47,689 bases of DNA, from positions 1 through 47,689 of the forward strand of contig JWZX01002429.1 of the NCBI GenBank assembly GCA_001275005.1, written 5' to 3'. Made by a program: the position numbers and the translations under genes. The notes under the pieces were generated by a model, which did not search any database, was not told where the DNA came from, and saw only the letters and a list, made by a program, of their open reading frames with translations. Below are positions 20,813 through 29,220 of the stretch, piece after piece. The stretch is from Chrysochromulina tobinii (Eukaryota). Position 1 is the first letter of the stretch; every line of letters starts with the position of its first letter.

Positions 20813-23800
20813 CTACCAGTTATCGCGCTTCCCGTCCTTCCTGCGCCCCTCGAAAGTTGCCTTGAGCTCCTTCTCGAAGTTGGCCGACTGGCTGAAGAAC
20901 CCTTGCACCACCTCGACGCTCTCCTCGGCTTCGTCAACCGCAGGGTCGGCGTAGATGCCGCCGCCGCCCACCACTATGGGCGGCAGTCCTTCCTTGGCGC
21001 GCCAGTGATTCGAGTCGCGCAGTGAGTACGAGCAGCCGCAGTACTCTTGCTTGTAGAAGCTCTGCTCGGCGTTGATTCGGTACCTGAGGAGGTCATCAGT
21101 GGGTCATTAGTGGGTCATCAGTGGGTCATTAGTGGGTCATTAGTGGGTCATTAGTTGATTCGGTACCTGAGGAGGCAGGCAATCCAGAGGTAATCAGTGG
21201 GGCGACCAGAGAGGCCATCAGAGGCCATCAGAGGTCATCAGTGGGGCGACCAGCGAGGCCATCAGTGGTCATCAGAGGTCATCAGCTCGAGCCCTCCTCA
21301 TCGTACTTGCGCTGCGTCATCTCGGCCGTCTGCCAGTCGGAGACCCAATACTCGACCCCCTCGTACTTTGCCGCCGCCTTGAGCCCCGAATCGTTCACCT
21401 GCTTCTCATCCTTCCACCGGCTCGTCGCGTTCGTCGTCGTGAACGAGTCGAACCCGTGCTCATGCGCATAGAGCGCGGTGCGCTCGAGCCGCATGTCGAA
21501 GCACATGGAGCAGCGAGCGCCACGCTCGGGGCAAAACTCCATCCCCTTCGCCCGTCGGTACCTGTGGGGAAGTGGCAGGGGGCGTCGTGGTGAGCACTTG
21601 CATGCACGAGGGGGCAGAACTCCATTCCTTTCGCCCGTCGGTACCACTCGTCCACGTCGCCGTCGACGTCCACAAAGTCGATGCCGAGCTTGGCGGCGAA
21701 TCGCTTATTCTCCTCCTTGCGGATCTCGTACCTGATGAGACAGGCAATCAGAGAGGTCATTAGGGGTCATCAGGGCCCGTAAGGGTGTCCTCAAGGGCAA
21801 TCAGAGGCCATCAGAGGTCATTAGGGTTCGTTCGGGCCCGTAAGGGTGTCCTCAAGGGCAATCATGGATCCAATTCGGAGCTCGTACTCCTTTCGCGGGT
21901 GGATGTTTGGGTTGTAGAAGAAGATTGTCACATCATGGCCGGCGGTCACCATCGCCTCGACCATCGCGCCGCTGCACGGCGCACAGCACGAGTGCAGCAG
22001 CACCTTGCGCCCCGTGCGCAGGCCAAGATGCTCGGGCAGTGCGGGAGGCGATGCGGGAGGCGATGCGGGAGGCGATGCATGCGTGGTCGACATCGATTGC
22101 TGTGGCCGCTCGTCGGGCGCCGGCATGGGCACCTCCCAACGGACTTTGCGCACCGAGGGCAGCGCCGCGGCGACTGCCGCAACGAGCCGCTCGCCTGCAG
22201 ACCTCGTGGGCGTGTGGGGAAAGAAGAGGCAGGCATCGCCGTACGAGAGGAAGCGGTAGCGCTGCGCAATCGCATGCGCGTACGCGGCGTGCACCTCGGC
22301 TGAGGAGCCCAGCAGCGCGCTGACCAGCAGCATGAGCGTCGAGTCGGGCGCATGGAAGTTGGTGATGAGCGCATCAATCACGCGGAACTGGTAGCCAGGT
22401 GCGATGCACAGCGCCGTCGAGCCACTGACAGAGGTGCACCCGCGCGCCGTAGCGGCGCTTGCCAGCCCTCTGAGCACCATGGATGGCGACGGGCTGCCCA
22501 CGACGGCGCTACCCACGACGGCGCTACCCACGACGGCGCTGCCCACAACGGCGCTGCCCACAACGGCGCTACCCGTGCCCGCTGCCGCCTCGTATGGCGT
22601 CCATTGCTCGAGATGGCCGAGCTCGAGCGCCGTCTCGAGCGCCGTCCCGCTCGCCAGCGCGCCCGTGCCAAACGTCTCACCAGCCGCGCTCGGCGCCTCG
22701 CAAGCCACATTCAGTTCCCCAAGACGGTGCACACCAAACCAGTACAGGGACTCGAGCACGCGCGTCGAGGTCGTCCCTACCGGTACGATCGGCCGCCCCT
22801 CGTCGAGGCTCCGCGCGATCGCCGCGAGCTCGTGCACGCGCATCGAGAAGCGCTCTGCATGCATCTGGTGCTCAGCAAGGCGCGGGGCGGCGATGGGCTT
22901 GAAGGTGCCCGCGCCCACATGCAGTGAAAGTCTTGAGCTTGCCACCCCCGCGGCGCTCAGGCGGTCGAGGAGCGCACTGGTGAAGTGGAGTCCCGCGGTC
23001 GGAGCTGCCACGCTGCCCTCGTGCGCAGCCGAGGCATAGACGGCTTGATAGCGCGTGGCGTCCGACGCCTCGGGCTGGCGCTGGATGTAGGGCGGGAGCG
23101 GAATGGCGCCGAGGGTGCTGAAGGCGTCCCGCAGAAGCAGCGGTGACGTGGCAGCGGCGCCGGCGGCGGCGGCGGCGGCGGAGGAGGAGGAGGAGGAGGA
23201 GGGCAGCGATGAGGCGAGAGCGTCCGTCGAGGCGGCTATCTGATCACCCGATGTGGAGGGCACGAGGTCGAGGCGCACAGCGACCTCGACGCCAGGCGAC
23301 TCTCCCTCCTCCCGCCACTCAGAGACCACTCGCTCGACGCGGAGCGAGAGTGCTAGCGCACTCGCTGTCGCCGCCGCCGTGGCGCGCAGCTCAAGCCCGG
23401 TCGCCTCCAGAGGCAGCCTCACCATCGCCCGCCAGAGCTGGCCACACACTGGCTGGGACAGCGCGTGTGACGCGTCGGCGCCATCCTCGGGAGCGAGGAA
23501 CATCACTTCCACAGGCGCGTCGGCGGCGCACGAGCCCATGCGAACAGGGCGTGCGAGCATGCGAGCGGCGAAGACGCGTGACTCATTGAAGACCAGATGC
23601 GCATCGGGGGGCAGCAGTCGAGGCAGGTCCGAAAACGTTGCGTCATGGAGCCTGCTGCCCTCCGCAACGGCGGTCGCGGGCAGCCGCACCAACAGCCTCG
23701 CCGCGTCGCGAGGCTCGGCGGCGTGCTGTGCGATCAGCTCGTCTGGGAGGTCATAGCGGAAGGCTGCCGACGCCATGCCCAGTGGCGAATGCGCTGCGTC

Positions 23801-23899
23801 GCCGCTGCCGTGTGGGAAATAGCCGGGCTGCAAGTGGACCGTGTGCACTGGCCGTCTGCAAAGGCGCGTGCTCAAAGGTTGCAGGCGAGCGCGCAACAT
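20813..23899 (-). CDS. queA-queH: QueA-QueH fusion: SAM:tRNA ribosyltransferase-isomerase + epoxyqueuosine reductase (DUF208); 4 exons (23899-21888, 21731-21645, 21561-21307, 21083-20813), 874 aa
   Basis: QueA motifs: [86 protein letters not shown]. QueH motifs: [45 protein letters not shown]. Three GT-AG introns splice in frame (2625 nt). Confidence 0.92.
21562..21610 (-). repeat. Dispersed intronic element TGCATGCAAGTGCTCACCAC..CCCCACAG (other copies 7133-7176 +, 44101-44148 +, partial 41013-41024 +)
   Basis: The same core occurs in sense orientation near the 3' end of introns or inserts in three unrelated genes. Confidence 0.75.
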
Positions 23900-24234
23900 C
23901 AGCGCAGTCGACCTCCCGAGGGAGGAGTGCGTGTGCGCCTTCTGGTTTTGCTGAAAATGTGCTGTGAAGATTAGCGTGAACGAACATTTTCTGATGCCAG
24001 ACCTTTGTACAGTACTGGTGGTTGGGCTGTGGTGTACATGTAGCTCGAAGCGTTCTCGGAAAGGGTGTGGCTTCTTCTACACACTTGCAGTCGACTCCAA
24101 CGACGATTACCTCAACGAACCCCAAACCTATGCACCTGGAGGCCCACGCTCCTCCTCAACACCCTATTTCTGCTAGCCCTACCCAGCTGCCGAGTGTTAA
24201 CAGCCAATTCACACAAACTCCTACAGCGGACGCC

Positions 24235-24831
24235 ATGTTCTCGCTGTTCATGGGCTTCTATCGCTACCTATTCCAGAAGCATCAGTTCCAGGTGCTCATA
24301 GTCGGCCTCGACTATGCCGGCAAGACGAGCGTGCTGGAGCAGATCAAGACCATCTTCTGCGGAATGGAGCCGCTGCCGCCCGGCAAGATCACGCCGACAA
24401 TCGGGCTCAACATAGGGAAAGTAAGCATTGACGGGGCTAATCTTGTCTTCTGGGACGTCGGCGGCGCACGCAGCCTACGCTCGCTCTGGGAGCGCTACTA
24501 CGGCGAGGCGCACGGCCTCCTTTTCGTCATAGACGCCGCCGACACGGCACGCCTTGAGGAGGCACGGGAAGTGCTTCGGCAGCTGCTCAACAATGCGGAG
24601 CTCGCCGGCATCCCCCTGCTCGTGTTTGCCAACAAGCAGGACGCCGCGGGCGCGCTGACGCCGCACGAGGTGCAAGCGCGCTTTGGCCTGCACCACGCTG
24701 AAGGCAGCAGCCAGCCGCAGCATGTGCTCGGCACAACGGCTATCCGCGGCGAGGGCATCGACGAAGGCGTGCGCTGGCTCGCAGAGACGCTGCGCACATC
24801 GCCGCGGGCGCTCGCGCTGCAAACCGGATGA
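24235..24831 (+). CDS. ARFRP1: ADP-ribosylation factor-related protein 1 (Arf-like small GTPase)
   Basis: MFSLFMGFYRYLF N-terminus (no Gly2), GLDYAGKT, ITPTIGLNIG, FWDVGG, SLWERYY, ANKQD. Confidence 0.88.
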   Translation: MFSLFMGFYRYLFQKHQFQVLIVGLDYAGKTSVLEQIKTIFCGMEPLPPGKITPTIGLNIGKVSIDGANLVFWDVGGARSLRSLWERYYGEAHGLLFVIDAADTARLEEAREVLRQLLNNAELAGIPLLVFANKQDAAGALTPHEVQARFGLHHAEGSSQPQHVLGTTAIRGEGIDEGVRWLAETLRTSPRALALQTG

Positions 24832-25033
24832 TGACACACGGAGGCGCCAGCCACCCAGCACACTCCCGTCTCAAACAGCTCAACTCGGGCAGCACAACAG
24901 CTCCATATGTTACGGCGTGCGCTGTCACTGGTCTGGTGATTGAAAGCGAGAGCAAGTTGGAAGGTCGGCGCCGTTGGGGATCGCCCACGTCCTCTATATA
25001 CGGCAGGTGTAGCTTACAATAAGGTCAGATTGG

Positions 25034-25498
25034 CTATGTCTTGTTGCATGGTCTCGCATCTTGAAAGGGAATCCGAGCAGGGAAAACCGAGCAGGGAAAC
25101 CTGCAGGAAACCGAGCGCGCGCGCGCGCGCGCTGCGCGCGCCCCGCCCGCTCCGCCCGCCGCCCGCTCGCATTCGAGAACTTGAGAGCAATGTGGCAGCT
25201 CCTCCTCCTTCGATTCTCCAGCAGCACTTTCAAGAGTAAAGTCCTGCACTGCAGCCGTATCCTGTATGACGGCTTCAAGGAGAAGCCCTTTTGCAACAAC
25301 AAAGTAGCGCTCCAGCATGCGATCCTCGTCACCGCCACAATGCCGCAGCAAAATGCTCGTCGTCTCTTCATCAAGGCCGATGATCGCGGCAAGGGCATCC
25401 ATTCGTCTCCTTCGAATAGCTAGTTTGCTCGAAATGACATCATCTATTGCCGCCGGGAACGCCGTCTCCAGCACCTCGACATCGCTCCCATACTCCAT
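25034..25498 (-). other. Possible gene fragment resembling the N-terminal UBA-like region of Ariadne/RBR ligases
   Basis: ALAAIIGLDEETTSILLRHCGGDEDRMLERYF is reminiscent of LLxHxxWxxExLxExY, but no intact RING follows. The plus strand also has coding-like patches. Confidence 0.25.
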
Positions 25499-26416
25499 TT
25501 CTCGAGCACCTCAACTGTATCGCTTGGCTCTGCGACCTCGGCCGTGTCCTCTGCGATTGCGACCACTACCCGGTGCGATGCATTCACATGCTCAACGAAA
25601 GGCTCGACGCCGTGCTGCACGCGGCGAGGCGGCCGGCGGTGCTCAAGGCCAAGGCACGCGCACTCACCGTGCTGCTGTGCCTTCGTGCTCGAGTCGTCGC
25701 TCGTGTGTTTTCGCCCAGAGGCGCGGGCTTCGTCGAGGCGAAGGCGCACTTCTGGCAGGTGAACAACGACCTGATGACGCTCTCGCGCACCGCCGAAGTG
25801 GGGTTGGGGGACACGACTGCAGAGGAGAGGCGATTGGGTTCACTGAGTGCGGTCTGTTGAGGCTTGAGCACTGTAGTGGTCTGTGCCGCCGCGCGACCGG
25901 GTGTGAGCGGGTGTTGCACCACAATCATGGCATGATTGGCGCGTCTGAGGCTGTGAGCGCTTCTTAGTCTGACGGTGACGCGTACCGTGTAGTGAAGTAG
26001 GGCGGTGTAGTGGAGTATGGGGCGGCGTTCGCCCACCGTAATCAGACCCACCTGGCGCCTCAGATTCCCGGGACCGGGGACGGATTCAGATTGGATCGGG
26101 ACGGTGACCTGACGTGATTCGGTGTTCGCCCCCGCGCCAGTGGGCCGGCACCCGGGCAGTGAATACACGATAAGTGAACTAACGGGTGCGCTCAGAACGG
26201 AAGTCAGATGAGATGGGGGCTCTCCTCCCTCACCCACGTACTCGAGGTCCCACACGAGTCGGCACGAGATCTGACCGCCGCACGGAGCCCGCCACATTGG
26301 CACTCGCAAAGTCCGACAGTTCCATCATCGATCTCTTCTGTACACCGCCGAGCTGCCCCGAATATGCTCAGGGGGCTTGCCAAGGAGGTTCCTCACAACT
26401 CAGCGACCTACGCGCT

Positions 26417-28060
26417 TTACACCACAATGCCCACGACAGCGCGTCGCGCGGAGATGTGGAGTTTGCCCGCCTTTTTGGCGAATTTGGCGCGTGCGCTGTC
26501 CTCGTCGATGGGCGTGGGGAGCGCCAGGTCGAGGAACGGCTGCGTACCCACGTGGACCTGCACGTGCTCGGCGGAGATTGCGAGCTCGAGCTGCTCCATG
26601 GACGTCACGCCCGCCGGCACGTGCACCACGAGCGAGATCTCATCTGCGCTCTCGAGATTGAGCTCATACTTGGCTGCCTGCGCGTGCTGGTTACGGTCTC
26701 CTAGTACCGCCGGCGGCGCGGGCGGCGGCGTTGGCGGCGCGGGCGCGGGCGTGGGCGTGGGCGTGGGCTGTGCAGCCAGCTTCGGCGGCGGTGGTTTCGG
26801 CTTCGGCTTCGGCGGCGCGCCGGAGGACTCCGCGTCGTCATCGTCGCTGTCAGGCTCGTCGGGCATCGCACCCGCCGTCAGCCCGCTGGGCAGCGGCCCC
26901 AGACCGGCCTTCTCGGCCGCTGCCTGCAATTGGCCCGAGGCGACCGCCGCGCCCAGCTCGTTCCCGAGCATCATCTGCGCAATAGCGAGCATCTCAGATT
27001 CGTCAAGAGGCGACGCATCACCACGACGCTCGAGCGCCCGGCGCAGCGCGTCCTGGTCCCCCGAGTGCAACGCCGCCGCCGTCGCCGGGTCGCGGCTCAG
27101 AGGGGGCGGCGCTGGCGAAGGGCCAGCTACCGGTCTCTTTGCTGAAATCACCTTCCCCGGTCGAGGCTCATCGGGCAGTACCGGCACCTTGGGCGTGGTC
27201 GTGGGCGGCGGCGGCGCGGCCGGCGCGGTCGGTGCTGCTGGCGGCGCGGACGGCATGGGCTCGGATGGTGGCGCCGGCGCCGGCGAGGACGGCTCTTCGG
27301 GCTCATCCGGCTTCGCACTCCCACGGCGGCCGTTCATCTTGATGACGGTGCGAGACTTGGCACCCACACCGGCATTCTCGCCACCCGCCTTGGGCGCGGG
27401 CGGACGCTCGGGCACGCGGGCACGCAGGAAGTCGACCATGACGCCCATGGACTTCAACGAGAACTTGTGCGCCGTGTCCTCGAACGAGCGAAAGATCACC
27501 TGCTGGCAGCCAGCCGCGCGCAGCGCCGCCCCGGCCGCCTCGACTGCAGATCGTTCGACGGTCTCGTCCTCGTCTCCCGCGAGAAGCATGATGGGAGTCT
27601 CGAGATTGGGCGCGGCGTGAGGCATGGAGCCGAACGCGGAGAGCTCGAAGGCGGGCTGGCACATCCACCCAGAGTGGCTCAGGATGGCCGCAAGCGGTCG
27701 GCGGTAGGACAGACCCGCCGCAATTGCAAGCGCGCCGCCCATCCCGAAGCCGCCGATGGCGATGCGCGACGGTGCAAAGTTGGTGACGACGAGAAGTTCA
27801 TCGAGGCGCTCGTGTACGTGCTTGATGGCATCGGCGAGGCCGTCCGGCGTGCGCATGGCGAGGCCGCGGATGGGTGTTGGCGGCATGTCAAACCAAGCTG
27901 GTACCGGCGTGCCTTTGAGGGTGGTGCGAAGGCCAGGCGACGGGCACGTGAACTGCAACCATGGGATGTGCGGCCGTGCGTGCTCCTCGATGGCGTAAGA
28001 TTCGCGTTCTCCGTAGTCGGCGAGCCACAAAATGGCGCCAGTCGGCGTAGGAGCGGGCAT
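26417..28060 (-). CDS. Acyl-protein thioesterase/carboxylesterase-like domain + Pro-rich linker + C-terminal PIH1-type CS domain
   Basis: PAWFD, SRIAIGGFGMGGALA, LSHSGW, TPIMLLAGDEDETV, AHKF (Abhydrolase_2 fold). VHVPAGVTSMEQLELAIS..LDLALPTPIDEDSARAKFAKKAGKLHI (CS domain). Confidence 0.8.
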   Translation of the reverse strand: MPAPTPTGAILWLADYGERESYAIEEHARPHIPWLQFTCPSPGLRTTLKGTPVPAWFDMPPTPIRGLAMRTPDGLADAIKHVHERLDELLVVTNFAPSRIAIGGFGMGGALAIAAGLSYRRPLAAILSHSGWMCQPAFELSAFGSMPHAAPNLETPIMLLAGDEDETVERSAVEAAGAALRAAGCQQVIFRSFEDTAHKFSLKSMGVMVDFLRARVPERPPAPKAGGENAGVGAKSRTVIKMNGRRGSAKPDEPEEPSSPAPAPPSEPMPSAPPAAPTAPAAPPPPTTTPKVPVLPDEPRPGKVISAKRPVAGPSPAPPPLSRDPATAAALHSGDQDALRRALERRGDASPLDESEMLAIAQMMLGNELGAAVASGQLQAAAEKAGLGPLPSGLTAGAMPDEPDSDDDDAESSGAPPKPKPKPPPPKLAAQPTPTPTPAPAPPTPPPAPPAVLGDRNQHAQAAKYELNLESADEISLVVHVPAGVTSMEQLELAISAEHVQVHVGTQPFLDLALPTPIDEDSARAKFAKKAGKLHISARRAVVGIVV

Positions 28061-28400
28061 GTACCTTCGCTAGGAGTTGCCGTCGAGGGGCCGTTGCCGC
28101 GTGCGAGACGGAAAATATTCGAACCAAGCGAAACGTCCCACCGATCCGGTTACACCGGGGGAAGCCGGGACGGTCCAGGTTCGTTCCTGTTTCCATCGTT
28201 TTCTCCGCTTCATGCCGCCAAGGATCCATGGATCCTGCGATCCTCGTCCTGTCGTCTGCCTCAACACAAGTCTATCTAAAATTTAGACAGCCAAACAGAG
28301 GCCTAACAAAAATGTGCTCCACGCGGCATGTTTAGTCAACTCTGCACCTACGAAACAGCCCATGCCAGGAATCCAGGGCAGCAGCCTTAGAGTCGCGCAA

Positions 28401-28946
28401 ATGCGCACCTCGATCGTCTTGTTGGCGGCTCTCCTTTGCGTAGATGCCTTGAGAACCATGCCGCCCGCAACGGCTACTCGCGGCGCGCATCCATTCATCG
28501 CTGGCGCTGTCAGCAGCACGCCACCACGCGTGCCGACCCCAAACAATTCTCATCCGAGCAGAACCATCGTGCCTCGTCTCAGCTTACTCACCACCGCCAG
28601 TTCTGCCGTGCTCGGAGCCGCTAGCTTTGTCGCACGCCTACCAGCTCCTGTTTTGCTCGCCCTCGCTGTCGTGTCGGAGATCGGTGGGACCACTTCCATG
28701 AAGCTCGCGGCTACAAGCTCGCCGCTCTGGTCTATTTGCGTCTTCATCTGCTACGCGCTGTGCTTCACCCTCTTACCCCTCGCGCTGCGTACGCTGCCTT
28801 TGAGTGTCGCGTACGCCACATGGTCGGGTGCGGGCACGGTGGCCTCGGTCTTCATCGGTGCGCTCATCTTCTCCGAAAAGATCACGCCATTCAAGCTCTT
28901 CTGTTTATCGGCAATCGTCTTTGGCATCGTGGGCATCAATCATTGA
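28401..28946 (+). CDS. Small multidrug resistance (SMR/EmrE-like) transporter with an N-terminal signal/transit extension
   Basis: LALAVVSEIGGTTSMKLA (conserved TM1 Glu), LPLSVAYATWSGAGTV, IFSEKIT, GIVGIN; four TM helices. Leader MRTSIVLLAALLCVDA followed by a Ser/Thr/Arg-rich stretch. Confidence 0.88.
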   Translation: MRTSIVLLAALLCVDALRTMPPATATRGAHPFIAGAVSSTPPRVPTPNNSHPSRTIVPRLSLLTTASSAVLGAASFVARLPAPVLLALAVVSEIGGTTSMKLAATSSPLWSICVFICYALCFTLLPLALRTLPLSVAYATWSGAGTVASVFIGALIFSEKITPFKLFCLSAIVFGIVGINH

Positions 28947-29220
28947 ACCATGATTGATGAAGTGTACTATTATATTGTCAGTCTCAATTCGGCTCAGGGT
29001 TAGGAAAGTAGTAGGGAATGTTTGAAAGTGTAGAAACTAGTGTCTAGTGTCCGCGCGCCGGAGGGCTCGCGCGCCGTCGCCGGCGCGCACTCGTGGCCTC
29101 GTCGCCCCCCGCGCCCCGCCCGAGGGAAACGACAGACGGTGTATGCGGTCCGACTGTGTTTCGTTTCGACTTTGCACCTTCGTCTGTCCACACTGCCGTT
29201 CTCTGTGGGCGAGCGACGCG

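Noticed and set aside
22490..22575. 15-bp repeat (GSAVV)x5 in QueA as an inactivating insertion or intron
   Set aside because: In frame, in a variable loop between conserved motifs, and lacking the local intron signatures.
25180..25860. Plus-strand coding-like fragments (..LRARVVARVFSPRGAGFVEAKAHF..)
   Set aside because: Interrupted, overlapping an equally weak minus-strand ORF, and no family could be assigned with confidence.
20813..28946. queA-queH and SMR as a bacterial contaminant or a functional Q-precursor uptake cluster
   Set aside because: queA-queH has host-style introns and eukaryotic neighbours. The SMR is 4.5 kb away, separated by unrelated genes, and nothing in the sequence ties it to preQ1 transport.
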